From Lama guanicoe (lineage: Eukaryota), in assembly GCA_013239625.1 (NCBI GenBank), contig MU053652.1, positions 3,461,902-3,525,901 on the forward strand: a stretch of DNA of 64,000 nucleotides. Direction: 5' to 3'. A model generated the notes under the pieces. The model ran no database searches. It was not told the DNA's origin and saw nothing but the letters and a program-made list of their open reading frames with translations. Below are positions 28,231 to 41,297 of this stretch, one piece after another. The first letter of the stretch is position 1, and each line of letters opens with the position of its first letter. The position numbers and the translations under genes were made by a program.

Positions 28231-31200
28231 AGCCAGTGCAGGCTGCTCCTTGCTGGGCTGTCTGCACGCTACCCCTTCCCATCCTGATCACTCTCTGGGG
28301 ATGCCCCCTCCCCCTCTACAGTCTACCCCTGCCTTGAGACTTCGCTGTAATTAAACCTGCTGTTTTTTGGAGTTGGTCCTGACCATTCCAGCTGGCAGTC
28401 ATTTCTCCCCCAGGGTGATTAGATCTGTGCCCCTTTTTTGACACTTAGTAACCATATGAATGAATTCAGAAGTGACTTTTAGTCTCTAATGGTGAGTCCT
28501 CATAGCTTGTCTCATCCTCATACAAGACCTGAGATTTTTTTACTAGTCTGAGCTGTGCTGCTGTTCAGGAAGACTAGACGATGGCTAAAGTCTACCTTTT
28601 AGAAAAGGCTTGAGTTCTCTTTCTAGGACATCTTTTTAGCAGCCAGGCATACTGACTTTCCTTTTGTGGGTAGGCCTAAGGAGGAGGAAACAGTCTCAGG
28701 CCTAAAGAGCTGCAGCAGGGGGCTCTGCCTGAAAAGGGTAGGCATTAGGAAAAAGACAGCCAATTCCGTGTATTATTGGGTGTCTTTATTAGTGACCTGG
28801 GGTGAAGTCGTTGCATTTAGCAGCAGCACATTGTCCCAGATGCTGCAGGTTCCACTATGAGGGGCTGAGAGAGGCTAGCTGGCTCACCCATCCCTCCAGG
28901 TGGCTTCAGTCACTGCTGTCCCCAGATTAGATAGAGCCAGAAGTGCAGGAGGATAAGCAGAGGACTGGGATCTCTGGCAGGAACGCTTTTGGGAAGGGTC
29001 TGTGTGGAGGCGTGTCTGCCTGAGAGGGGTTTGCACATTCAGCATCTGTGTTTTTTGGTCCCTGCTGACATTGCCACGTCTCATGGTGTATGCCAGTGGC
29101 CTTCTGCTGAGCTGCAGGATTGTCAGGTACTAGCTTTGAGCCACATCTCTAATTTGATCCCTGGATGGTCATCAGTAATTCCATTTCCATACTGAATGAA
29201 CCGCACTGATCTGGGGGACAGGTTATGGATTCTACAGAGGGTGGCACCTCAGTTAGGATTAGGGAAGAGAGTCCAGTACAGCAGGATAGGTATGGAGAAC
29301 AGCCTCGTGTGCACCCAGAGCCCTGTCCACCAAGGACAGCAGTGACCTCAAAGAGATTCTGTAACAAAGTCAACATGCAAACAACCCCAGGCACTGTTGT
29401 GGATGAACAACAAAAATGAAATGAATATTCCAGTCAGTCTGCCTAGAAGGACCACTGGCCTGAATGGGCTGAGACTTGGGAGGACTGAGCCCTGTCACTT
29501 TTGGGGTGGGGCAAGTCACCTTTTACACTGTGATTTCTGATTATAAGATAAAAATACTCTTCATACCTCAGAGATCATTGAGAAGCTGAACGAAAATAGA
29601 GGAAGACAGTGCTTTCAGGTAAGGGGAAAAAATGGCTTTAAAAAGTCTTTCAAAATAATATTAGTGTAAAACTAGGAAATGGCCCCTTTGGCATTGTAAA
29701 GCAACTCTCATCCTTGGATCGTGCTGAGATGTACACAGATCTTCATGCCTTGACACACTCAACACCCACCCCAACCGTCCTAGCCCAGCTCTATCTGCCT
29801 CCTGCTCCCTCTTTCCTTCCCCCATCCCAGACCTGGCCATCCCCCAGTCAGAGACAGTACCACCCTTGTATCCTGAAGGCCGGGCTTTCTGGTCTACCAA
29901 GGAAACACTGTCTCCTTCCTTTCCCATTTCTAAACTAGAAGGAAAAAATAACAACCCTGAATCAGACTCTGCTTTCATGCACTGCATCCCATAGGAGGAA
30001 AGTCAGAAGGTGGTGATCTGCTCTGTTGGGGGCAAAACTTGTTTTTTTAGGAGCAGCAGCCGGGCATGATTCTTCCTCAAACACATGGTGTGTAGACTGA
30101 AATCAGGCAGTTCTGTGATAGTTTTGGCCCAGAATATAGGCATCAGCTTACTGAGCTCCAGCTCCAAAGAAAGGCGCCTTGTATTCCTGATGGGGAGGGT
30201 ATCATCCACTGCGCAGCCTGAGGGGCAGAGGAGTATTTCCGCTAACTCATGAAAGTGAGACCTGGCAGAAGGAAGTCTGAACTGAAGCCATCAGCCCTGA
30301 AACCTGGTGGTTTGAAAAGGTGTTATATGACTTCCATCTCAAGTTAGTTAACCACCCTTAAAAATAAGTTCAGTACAATGCTCTGCTTCCAGGTAAATAT
30401 TCTGCATCATGCTTTAAATTTTTTTTTTTGATGCCATCTTGAAAATTCCTGGAGTTAACTACCTTAAAGTGGTGGTTAGACTCCACTTAGACCAAGTGCC
30501 TTGGCTAGAACCTGGAGGCAAAGTCCACATCCTAGAATACAGTGTCTCTTAAACAAAACACTAGATTTCTTTATAGCCGGAGAAATGATCTTTCATTTAA
30601 ACTGTACCTCTGAGTAAATTGCTACTTTTTCCCACCTGACAACTCTGTTTCCCCACATATCCCCCCTCTCCACTCAACCACCCACAGGCTGGCTTGTCCT
30701 CCTGACCCTACCCTGCCAGGTGTAATAGTGGGGCAATGCTAGAACAAATACCCAAGGGAATCTGCAAGTCTCTTGGATGGACGGAATTCCTGTAAATGAT
30801 GAAGATTCTATTAGACTGCAGCTTCTTTAAGGTCCTTGAGGGCAAGTGGATGTTAGGTGTTCAGTAAATATTTGCTGAATTAATAATTGGGTTAAGTAGA
30901 CACAGGTCACTTGAAAAATAATTTTCTTTATTTGGACTGGCATTTTTGATGAGTGTGCTTTCCATGCTGAAGACCATGGAGAGCTCCCTGGCTGGTAAGT
31001 AGAAGTATGGCAGAGAAGAAAGCAAGGAGCTGGCAACTGGCCATGGATCTAAAATTGTAAAAGGGAAGGCCAGAGGGCCCTGCTCTACATTTCCATGCAT
31101 TCCTTTTCGTTGGGCTGTGTAAAAATTGATTGAATAATAAAGAATATACACAAGGCTGGAGGAGAAAAGCCAACTAGATATGTATCTGCCAGTAGTTTCT

Positions 31201-31754
31201 CAGTAGAATGCAAAATTGGTGGCATCTTAAAAGCCCTCACAGCTGGAGCTGTATTGGGCTGGATGCAAGATATGAGGGCTGGGAATGCTCTGATCCAGTT
31301 ACAGGAAACCATTATCATGTTCCCGGAAACACTATAGAGTTTCCTCCAAGTTTGTGTATAAATGGACTAGAAGATGTGTTTTCCGAACTGCTGCTCTGGA
31401 ATCTGCTTTCTCTGATGAGGAGACCAAGATACTTCAGTCCACTCCACGGTCAGAGTCTGTACTTCCTGGCCAGGACAACACATACCCTGGCTATGTATAC
31501 TTTTAATGAATATACAGATGCACAAGCATTTGCCAAGTGTCTGCTAAGAACTGTGAACAAAAATGCAGTGATGTATCCCCTCAAGGAGCTTACAGTTCAG
31601 GGGAGATGAGATTTGCAGTTTGGGGTAAGCGTGGCCCACAAAGAGGCTACACTCCAGGACTCACGGGGTTGTGGTGAGTCTGCCGCATCCCTCCCCTGGT
31701 GGTGGCACTGCAACTTGGTACAACCCTTTTGAAATACAACATGTGACTAACTGT

Positions 31755-32279
31755 GTGTGTTTCAGTCACTCCTGCATAACAATTGCCCCCTAAACAATAA
31801 TCTTCTAGTATCTCCCTCCGTGGACCAAGAATTCAGATAAGGCACAGTGGAGATGTCTTCTCTCTGCTTCACAATGTGTGGGGCTGCAAGGCTGAATCAT
31901 CTTAGGGCTGTTTCTTCCTGTGTCTAGTGGTTGATGCTGGCTGTTGACTGGGGACCTAACTGGTAATGTGGGCAGAAGGCCCACATAAGACCTCCCCGTG
32001 TGGCCCAGGCTTCCTTATAACATGGTGGCTGAATTCCAAGGACAAGAATCTTGAGAAAGCGGGGGAGGTGGAGACAGCATGTTACCTTTTACAACCTGAG
32101 CTTGAAAGTTCCATGTATCTTCCACTGCATTCTGTTGATCAAGACACCTAAGAAAGAACTGATCATTTCAAAGGGAGAGAACCTAGACCCCCACCTCTCA
32201 ATGGAGGGATGTCCTATATCACAGCGTGTGGGATGAGACATCTTGATTTGGCCATTTTTAAAAAATACAATCTGCCACA
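31755..32279 (-). mobile_element. MLT1-family (MaLR) solo LTR
   Basis: ends ...aaaatacaatctgccaca; internal ggttgatgctggctgttgactgggg typical of MLT1F/G. Confidence 0.65.
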
Positions 32280-34374
32280 ATGTGCAAAGCCCCCCAACAA
32301 TAGTATTATATAAAATATTAATACTCTGGCTAGGAAATAGTTATGTTTTGTTGTGTGCATTTGTTCATTTATCCATCCATTCAATAAATACTGATGGAAT
32401 TAATTTGCTCTAGGTGCTAGGAATACAGAGAAGGCTTAAGATACACTTTTTCTCTCATAGCTAAAAAACAACCCATCAAATGTTCAGTGATAAATGGTTT
32501 AATAAATTGTAGTACCTCAACTCTATGAAAGACATCCTTGTATGAGACACTTACAGACTTATTTTGACCTCTTTAAAAGTCCTACTTTGAAAAGACTATG
32601 TGGGAAGATAGGGAAAGTGTTGGGTAGAAATAAAAACAAATCAAAGTTGTATGTCTACTATGATTACAATTATGTAAAAATATGCATGCAGATCGCCAAA
32701 GACTAGAAAAAATATCTAAATGTAAACTCACTTGTTGAAACAGGAATACAGATGATTGTTTTTCCATTTTCAACTCTTGTCAATGTTGTATTCCTTTTAC
32801 AATGAAAAGGTCCAGAAAAAAAAGTGATGCAGATAGGATTTCATAGGTCAAAGGCAGAGAAAGCTCTGCTGAGTGAGAAGCTGAAGAGAAACTTCATGGG
32901 AGAGGTGGCAATCGAATTTCAGTAAGAGAAGGAAGCCGCAGGAATCAAGACCTGAAGACTGGAGAGGAAGAGATGTCTTTGGAAAACTGCAAAGAACCCC
33001 AAGCCAAGGTGTATTTAGAAGAGCACAGAAAGATGAGACTGCAAGGAATGGTGGACCTTAGTTACTGGACTAAGGATTGTAGACTTTATTTGTGCAGACT
33101 CTGAAGCTTTTTGAGCAGAGAAAGTCAATGTGCTTAAGGAAGATGACTCTGACCACAGTCCTGAAGATGGACAGAAGCTGAAGCAGCTGCAGGCAGGAAG
33201 ATTGTGTGAGGAGGCTGCTTCCATAATCCAGGGCTTGGACTTCAGAGGTGGCAGAAAAGATTGACGAGCATTTATAGAAGAAAAATGGTCACAGCTTGGT
33301 GACTTGCTGCACACAACTCCAGGATTTCAGTTTATGTCATTATGAAGGTATGAAGATATAAACATAGTGGCACTAATAACAGAAACAGAGGAAGGGGAAC
33401 TGGTTTGGTGCAGAAGAGAAATTTTAAACACATTGAGTTTGAGCTGCTACTGGGACATCCAGATAGAGATAGCAGCAGATAGTTGGAATTATACAAGTCT
33501 GAATCTTAAGAGATCCCCACTTTCAGCAAAACAACTTGAATGCATCCCTCTTCCTGGAATGCTCTTCCCTCAGCTAATCTGTAACAGCTCCTTCCTGTCT
33601 TCATTAAGCTCTCTGCTCCGATATCACCTCCTCAGACCCTTTCATGCCATCCTTAAAATGGCACCCCTGTCACTCATCATCCCTCCATACCCTGCTCAGT
33701 TCTTCTTCATTGCACATATCTGAGATTTTCCTTAACATCTGCTCTCCTCAATTGCATTCCCTGTAGAGATGGAACTCTAGTCCCATCTCACTGTTTGAAA
33801 AACTAAACATTAAAAGGCACATTATGTGCCAGTTCACTCTTAAATAAATTTCTATTGTGAAATGATAACAACTAACAGCATGTTTTTCTGAGTCCTTTAG
33901 ATCCTAGTCTAAAGGTTTAAAACTTCTATGTTATCGATCAAAAATACAACTCAGAAGAAAGGGAATACACCAACCGGGTGGTGGCACTTCTAGGTACATC
34001 CCATTGGCCAACACTTAATCACATGGATGCACCTAGCTGCAAAGGAATCAGGGAAAAGTTTTCTGGCCATGGCCAGCTAATCCTAGTACTATGGAAGAAG
34101 CAGAGGATACTAGACAACAGTAGACTCTTACTGCAGGGAATGTTTGAATCAGCCCGCAGAACCTTGGCTGCATTAGGCTTCAGGGACAGTAACTATTGTG
34201 AATATAGGACTCCTAGTCCCCTTGAACAGTTTGACTCTCACCAAGCACTTCCTTAATGGGCTCACCCTCCTCCACTTCCCCAGGCACTGAAAATGAGGAA
34301 ATGTTCGTTTCTGTATTCGAGGATGCCAAAATCCTATTGCAGGCACGTCCATGCTGCTTTTCCTTGGCCAACGT

Positions 34375-34545
34375 TTTGAGTATATTTGTTGGACCCAGTG
34401 CAAAATGAAAATGTGGGGCCCTTGTTCAAAAATTATCAAGACTTTAAAGATAGCTGTGGCAGAGCATTAAACCCAGCACAGAGCCCTTCTCAGTGTTGGC
34501 TTCTGTATGACTGCCCAGCTCACAGGCCTGTGAAGACAATTCTGT
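34375..34545 (-). mobile_element. MER45A-like hAT DNA transposon
   Basis: cccagtgcaaaatgaaaatgtggggcccttgttcaaaaattat matches the recalled consensus. Confidence 0.7.
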
Positions 34546-35079
34546 ATTTAGTCTTAAAACAAAAACAAAAAAAAGAAGCTGTTATATATTCTGAAACTCA
34601 CATGCAAGTAATGGCTTTTCAGCCTGCTTCAGCTTTTAGGTCAGATTTTTTTTTTGCCTCATCATGACAAAACACTTAGAAGTGGTCTTGGGTATCAAAC
34701 AGTTGAGTTGTCCTATTTTACAGAAGCCCAGAGAGGGCCTGTGAGTGCACAGGGTCCAGCTTGGTGCTGGTACCAGAGCCTGCTCCAGAAGTCTGGTCTC
34801 CAAACTCTGCTCCTTGGGAGCCGTGGCTGCACTGCCAGGAGGGGGTCATTTTCCCTAACAGGCTGGCCTGTGGTGTCATGTCACAGTCATCCTCCACAGT
34901 CTCGAGACCTTCCCATTGCCTACTTGGCTAGACTCTTCTTCCAGCCTCTGGTCAAAGCAGAGACAAAATTGAGAGTCACCCTGTTCTTGGCTCCCTTTAG
35001 GGGAGGTGCAGGCTGGTCATGGAAAGGCTGAATGGTGGCCTGAGAAGGAAGAGCTTGGCCATTGTGCTCTGATGCTCCC

Positions 35080-37000
35080 TCCTCAGACGCCTCCAGTCTG
35101 GGGGTCTGTGCCTCTGGCGTGGAGGTGGGCAGAGAGGTTAGGGAGGGCTGCTGGACACAGCCTGCCTGCCAGGTGCGGAGAGTTCACCCTGACGGACACT
35201 GACAGGCGGGCGAGGCGTCAGATGGGCCCGCTTTTCTCCAAGGGAAGGGAGGCTGTGCGAGACGCGAAGCGAGGCGGAGGAGAGGGGAGTGATTAGCAGG
35301 CAGGGAGTGAGTCACGCCCCCAGTCCCCGGGGCAGCGCGCGGGCTGCGGGCTCTCTCGGGTGCAGACTTGGTGCCAGGCGGCGCAGCTGGTGCCGGGAAA
35401 GGTGCCAGGCTTCCCACGCGGGCCTCAGGAGGTGGGGCCAGGAGCCTAGGGTGTGATGGCCACCTGCTCCTGGCTTGAATCCAGAGTGCGCCGGTATCTG
35501 TTTCTGGGCCTCCCCTGCCTCAGATACCTGTCGAGCGGGCCTCAAGTCCCCATCGCCGCGCACCCTCCAGCTCTCAGTCCCTCGCCCCTCCCCCACTACT
35601 CGGGGTTTGTAAAGAACCGGGAGGGTAGCAGAAGCACTCTCAGTCTCCCTCGCAGCACTTCCCTGGCCCGGAGGACAGGACCCGGGCCCTGCGGGGACAG
35701 AAGTCCAGGCCGTGCCCCTCACTCCGGAGGAGGAAAGGGAGCCCAGGCCTAACGCACCCTGAGGCCCCGGCGGTCACGGCCACGCCACCAAGGGCTGTCC
35801 CTGCTCTCCACGACTCCTAGGCTGGTGACCATTAGTTTTCTGGTGCCCTGGGGAGTTGCGGGCAAAAGAAACCCAACTGTTTTCGTCCCCCTTCCCCAGC
35901 CGCCAGGCCCCTCATCCCGCAGGCTCCTGGATCCCCACAGCCCTGGAAGACGCACACCCTGCTGCCCTGTTTCTAGAAGGCCCTTTACAGAGCCGACGGC
36001 CCCTCCCCCCTTCCCCCTCATGGAACTTTGGTCGGTACGTCTTCACTGAGCTCTGCTTCTCAGTGAAGCATCCGAGCTGAAAGAGGTGGGCGAGGGCCCT
36101 GGCCGGGGGTGGGAGGGAGCCTGCGACCTCACACTCAGCTCGGGCCCGGGGGGAACTTCTCTTCCTGAATTCTGCCCTTCACGTGGGCTGTCGCTGCCCC
36201 GCCTGGACTCGGGCGGGGAGGAAGGTCAGCTGTGGCCTCTCCTCCCTCCCGGGCCCTGGAGTTAGTTATTCAAGCGCCAGCTCCTCCCTGGATCCAGGAG
36301 GTTACTCGGGGGCCACACACCAGATGTTAGACTTTCCACGGCTGTGCCAATGGCTCCCGAGGACGAGGGAGTTTTTCACACTCTGTGGCGGTCACTTCCG
36401 CTTGCCCCTCTCCTGCCAGAAGCTTCTCTGCCCTAGCTGGGGAGGGGGATAGGGGGCGCGGGCAGGCGTCCAGGAGGCTGAGAAGGTCGTGGTTCTCCTC
36501 TCCAGCCCTGGACTGGGAAGGGCCAGGCTTGCCCCGGTCTCTGTCCACCGCCCGACCCTGCACAGGACCTTCGCTGTCCTTTCCTTCCTTCCGCGTCACC
36601 CAGCGGAGGTATGAACACTTCAGGTGCGCAGGGCCTCGCTGCTTTCACCTTCTGATCACTTTCCTTCCCTGTCTCCATTTTGTCTGGCTGCAAAACGAGA
36701 TCAATACGTCTGGGCGCTGAGGTAAGAGCCTCTCTCCCGGCAGAGCGGGGGAAGGAACAATAGCGGGGGCCTCCACCTTCCCGCGCAGCCGGGCAGCGTC
36801 AGGCGATGACGCACTTGGTCTCTAATGGCAAAAGCGAGCAGAATGAGCGTCGTCCTGACGCCTCTCTGCCTGCTCGCCGCTTCGCCTGCTCCTGCGTCAC
36901 CGCGTGGGTGGCCAGCTCACCCCACCTTGCGTCACAGATTATAGGCCCGGAACAGGGGTGAATGGCCCCTGGTGTACTTATCGGGTGTGCGTGCGCGCTA
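35080..37000. promoter_or_regulatory. orphan CpG island 1
   Basis: sharp rise in GC and CpG density over the AT-rich flanks (judged by eye); GC boxes, AP-1 and CRE half-sites. Confidence 0.75.
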
Positions 37001-37029
37001 GCTCTCGTGTTTGAAGAAGGGAATGAGTA

Positions 37030-37155
37030 GGTTGGGGGGTTGTGTGTGGTGTGTGTAGTGTGGGGTGTATGTAGTGTGGGGTGTGGTGTGCGTGTGTGGT
37101 GTGGTGTGTGTGTGGTGTGTGTGGTGTGTTGTGCAGTGAGGAGTATTGTGTGTGG
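37030..37155. repeat. degenerate (GT/GGT)n low-complexity tract
   Basis: gtgtgtggtgtgtgtagtgtggggtgt... seen directly. Confidence 0.9.
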
Positions 37156-37294
37156 CGGGACACTGGGGGTGGGGAGCAGCACTGGGGGTGGAGGGCGCCG
37201 CCTGTGAAGGTGTCTTGCACAGTGGACAGCCCCCTCCTGAACGTTCCCTTCCTGAGGCTGTTACAGGGAAGGGCCTGGTTTGAGTTAGTAAAAA

Positions 37295-37470
37295 AGTGAT
37301 TCTCAAAGTGTGATTCGCAGCAGATGCAGATGCTACGGCAGAACCTCGGTGACCTTATTAAAATGCAGATTTGGGGTTACCCCAATTTACTGAAGCAGAT
37401 CCTCTAGGATTGAGTCCTCATAATCTGCGTTTTTGAGCAAGTCTTCAAATAATTCTTGAGGTACTCCTCC
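37295..37470. mobile_element. MER5-like hAT remnant
   Basis: agtgattctcaaagtgtg...ttattaaaatgcagatt...aatctgcgtttttgagcaag. Confidence 0.6.
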
Positions 37471-40399
37471 CACCAGGTGAGCCTGCAGAACACCTTGCTT
37501 GTTAGGGCACTGGAGGGTGCGGTCCAGCCTTAGTTTGGTAGCAAATGTCCCCGTGGGTTGCCCTCGTTCTGTGCACATGAGAGTTCTTCACTTTTTACTG
37601 TCACCTCTGACTAGCCCCTGGACTTCATCTTTCAAAACCTTCTGGTTTGATAAATAAGCACTGCTGTTGGGTTGGTTTTGTTTTCAGGCCCTTTGGTGGG
37701 TAGATTTGTGTTTGTTGACCATTTTAGAATATCCTTGGGAGCAGACACGTTCCTGTCTCTTTTTTTTCCTTTTTGCTCCCCGGGGTCTAACGTGGGGTTC
37801 TGTACACAGCTGGTGCTAAACTGTTTGTGAAATAACATGGTGACGACTTAGAGAGGGCTGGAGAGACTCTAAGAGGCTGGTGGGAGTTACTGGAGTTGTG
37901 GCCCTTCTCTGCGAAGCCCTCTTCACTGCGGCTGCCTCCTTAGCATCCACACCTGGCCTGGCCCACCCTCCTTCTCCCCCTTCATTAGATGAACATGGTG
38001 CTGAGGCAGCTCCCCGCTGACCCAGAGCCGATGTGGGTGCAGCTGGGGCAGTGCAGCAGGTGGCCATCCAGTGTCCAGCACCTGATCAGTTGAGACCTGG
38101 GTTGGGTGGGCATGGGCCCTTCCAGCCCATCAGGACTGGGAGCACCCCACCGCTGTGGGCTGCTTGAAGCTCTTCTACAGGGAGCAGAACCTGAAGCTGC
38201 ATCCCGCCAGTAGGCCCCAGGCAACAGGGTCTGGGGGAGGGTGCAGCACATCCTCAGTGCCCCCCTCCATGCTTAAATGCCCAGCAGCCCCCAGGTAGAG
38301 CAGGAGCAGGTAGGGGCTTTCAGAGCCAAATGTCTTGACAGGCCTCTAAGTTTCCCACTCCCCAAGCTGACTCCAGTTTTAACTGAAGCCTATGAAGTGC
38401 AAAGTCCTACAGAAACCATCATGAGAGCTTTCTGGAAAATAGAGACTGACAACACTTCCTGCAGGGAAGAGGATGAAAGTAACTCACCCCTCACCAAGCC
38501 CTCTGGGTATCGAGCCCCAAGGCACCCAGCGGATGGCTTCTCCGTCTCTGTCCTATCCCAGCCCTCTCCCAGTCCTGATCTCATTAAAAGGAAACCAAAA
38601 GGGCTATATTACTTGGTTTCCATCTGGCCTCTTGAGATTTAAGGACTTTAATCAGTAGAACGTTAAAGAATAAAATAACTCTACAATAACAAGAAAGCGG
38701 CCAGCTGGCCCGTCCAGTGACCTTGCCAAAGTGCGTGGGAAATGGATCGCACCATCTGGGCTTGACTTCCCTCCCGGGGAAGAGTGAGTGATTACAACAC
38801 TTCAGGATCCAAGTTTAGCCAAATTAAGAAAAGCTGTGCCCCAAACAGCTAATATCTAAAATATCATCTGCTTCCTCTATCACACTGCCCCCACCCCAGA
38901 CCAGCCCTCCTCTGTGCCCTACTCCAGGTCCAAAATTACAACATGGCATCTTCGGGAAAAGTGGACGGCACCACAGAGGGCTCCCAGGGAGGAAATGTGG
39001 AAAAGTCTTTAAAAGCAGGAAATAAATGACACTGGTTGAAAAGAAAAGGGGTGGAATTCTTCCCTCAAGCGCAAGTCTAGGCTTTCCCAGTCCCGGGGCC
39101 ATCCTGCTCTCATTGCAGGCAGGAGGGGATGACTTATACCTAAATCTGTGAAGGAAAGACAGCGCAGGTAATCTGCCCAGCGCTGACAGTCGAGGAGGGA
39201 GGAGCGAGGCACGTTGGTGGTTCACGCTGACCTTCCCTTTTTCGAGGAGCCACTGAGAGGACGCCAGAGTTTCTAGACCTGGAGGCAGCCCCCAAATTCC
39301 CACATCCCCTCCTCTGGTGATGGCTGACTAGCCCGGCTCCACTTGGTGTGTCCCAGGAAAAAGGCTAAGGGAGCAGGAAGACCCACAGGAAGCAGGACTG
39401 AAGCTGGAGCAGAGGCTTGGGCTGTGCTCTCTGAAGTGCCACCATGAGGAAGGGGCTGGGCTCTTCTTCCCCAAAAGGGATTTCGGGGAAGAGGTAGTTT
39501 GAGGTAAATCTCCCCATTGAAGGACACACTTGCAACCTTGAGCCACTTGGCCGGCTCCCCCTCTCACCTCGCTGCCTCTCAGACTCCTTTTCCACGGCCT
39601 GTGGAAGCCTGTAGAAGCTTCTTCCACAGTCGTGGAAGCTTCACCCTCTTTGACTGGTTGGGTCCCAGAGGCCACTGGTGCCCTTTCTGAAGGAACTGGC
39701 CTGACCGTCAGTCATCCTCCCACGGGGCACTCTGGGCTGCAAAGGTTGGGGTGGCCAGACTGTGTGGGAAGACGTAGCGGTGAGGTCAGCAAGGGCTCGA
39801 GGTGGGACTAGAGCTGGTGAGTGGCACCTGGGTGGGTGGTGGGGCTCCTGAGGCTGGGACCAGAGCTCCTCCTCCCCTGCTAAGTGTGGCATCCATCCCC
39901 CAGGAAGTATCTAAGCAGACATCTACCAACATTCTAGCACTTTCCAGGTCACTCTGTTTTTCTTCTTGTGCTTGATCCTCACAGCCCTTCAGGGGCAGAT
40001 TTTCTCATTTTAGAGAGGTGGAAAGCAAGGCCCAAAAGATCACACTCTAAGTAGAATCACTGAGACTCAAAGCCACGTATTGTTTAAAGCTAGTGTAACT
40101 AAACCACCCCGCCTGGCCAGCTGGCTCCTGGTGCACACAAGTCATCAGAGCCCACTTGTCCACAGGCTTGTTCACTTCAGGACAGACTCTCCCCAGGCAG
40201 AGGTCACACAGCTCTGCTGCTCCAGGCTCAGAGCCCATGGGGTCACCAACCCTAGTAGAGAGAAGCTGAGTCCGTTTTTAAATTCTTTAGGAGAAAGTAT
40301 AGAGAATGCCCTTGCACTTACTATCCAGATCTAGCTTTAATTCCAGTCATATATTTAATTCTGCCCTGAGCTGATGTTTAAAAAAAATGTTTCTTTAAA

Positions 40400-40962
40400 C
40401 AGAAAAATAAATAGAAATGGATAAATGGTATCTATCCAGACAATGGCGTATTATTCAGCACTTAAAAGAAATGAGCCATCAAACCACGAAAAGATGTGGA
40501 GAAAACTTAAGTGTATACTACAAAGTAAAAGAAGCCAATCTGAAAAGGCTACATACTGATGATCCCAACTATATGACACTCTGGGAAAGGCAAAACCATG
40601 GAGACAGTAAAAAGATCAGTGGTTGCCAGGTGATGAGGGGAGGAGAGATGAATAGGCAAAGCACAGAGGATTTTTAGGGCAGTGAAACTACTCTATATGA
40701 GACCATGGTGGATACATGTCATTATACATTTGTCAAAACCCATAGAATGTACAACACCAAGAGTGAACACTAATGAAAACTGTGGACTCTGCATGCTTAT
40801 GATGCGTCAATGTGGGCTCATCCATCGTAACCAATGTACCCCTCTTCTGGGGGATGCTGACAGCTGGGGAGGCTGTGCCTGTGTGGGGGCAGGGAGCCTA
40901 TGGAAAATCTCTGGACCTTCCTCTCAATTTTGCTGTGAACCTTAAACTGTTCTAAAAAAAAA
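40400..40962 (+). mobile_element. L1MC1-like 3' end
   Basis: aaaagaagccaatctgaaaaggctacatactg...aacccatagaatgtacaacaccaagagtgaac; ends in an A-run. Confidence 0.8.
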
Positions 40963-41049
40963 AGAGAATCTTGGAAAAAAACAAAAACTACAGGAACATT
41001 AAGAACAATGACAAGTCAATGACACACAAGTCTCCAGTGTCCCACTGAA

Positions 41050-41249
41050 GTAGTTTCACAGGTCAGTCACAACGAAGTACCACAAACTGAGTGGCTTAAC
41101 AATAGAACTTTATTGTCACACAGCTCTAGAGCTTAGAAGTTCAGGGTCAAGGTGTTGACAGGGTTCCATGCCTCTCTTCTATCTCTGGCAGTCTTTGGTG
41201 TTCCTTAGCTTATAGATGCATTGCCTCGATTTCTGCCTTCATGTTCACA

Positions 41250-41251
<2 letters not shown>
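41050..41251 (-). mobile_element. MLT1B/C-like LTR fragment
   Basis: aagtaccacaaactgagtggcttaacaatagaactttattgtcacacagctctaga. Confidence 0.65.

Positions 41252-41252
<1 letters not shown>

Positions 41253-41294
<42 letters not shown>
41253..41294. repeat. (GT)n microsatellite, about 21 units
   Basis: perfect dinucleotide run. Confidence 0.95.

Positions 41295-41295
<1 letters not shown>

Positions 41296-41297
<2 letters not shown>

Noticed and set aside
36799..37306. His/Thr/Pro-rich and Cys/Val-rich ORFs
   Set aside because: They are translations of the GT low-complexity tract.
38277..39892. Overlapping ORFs of 115-159 aa in the GC-rich intergenic region
   Set aside because: No recognisable domain, mostly non-ATG starts, and they overlap in several frames, as expected for stop-poor GC-rich DNA.
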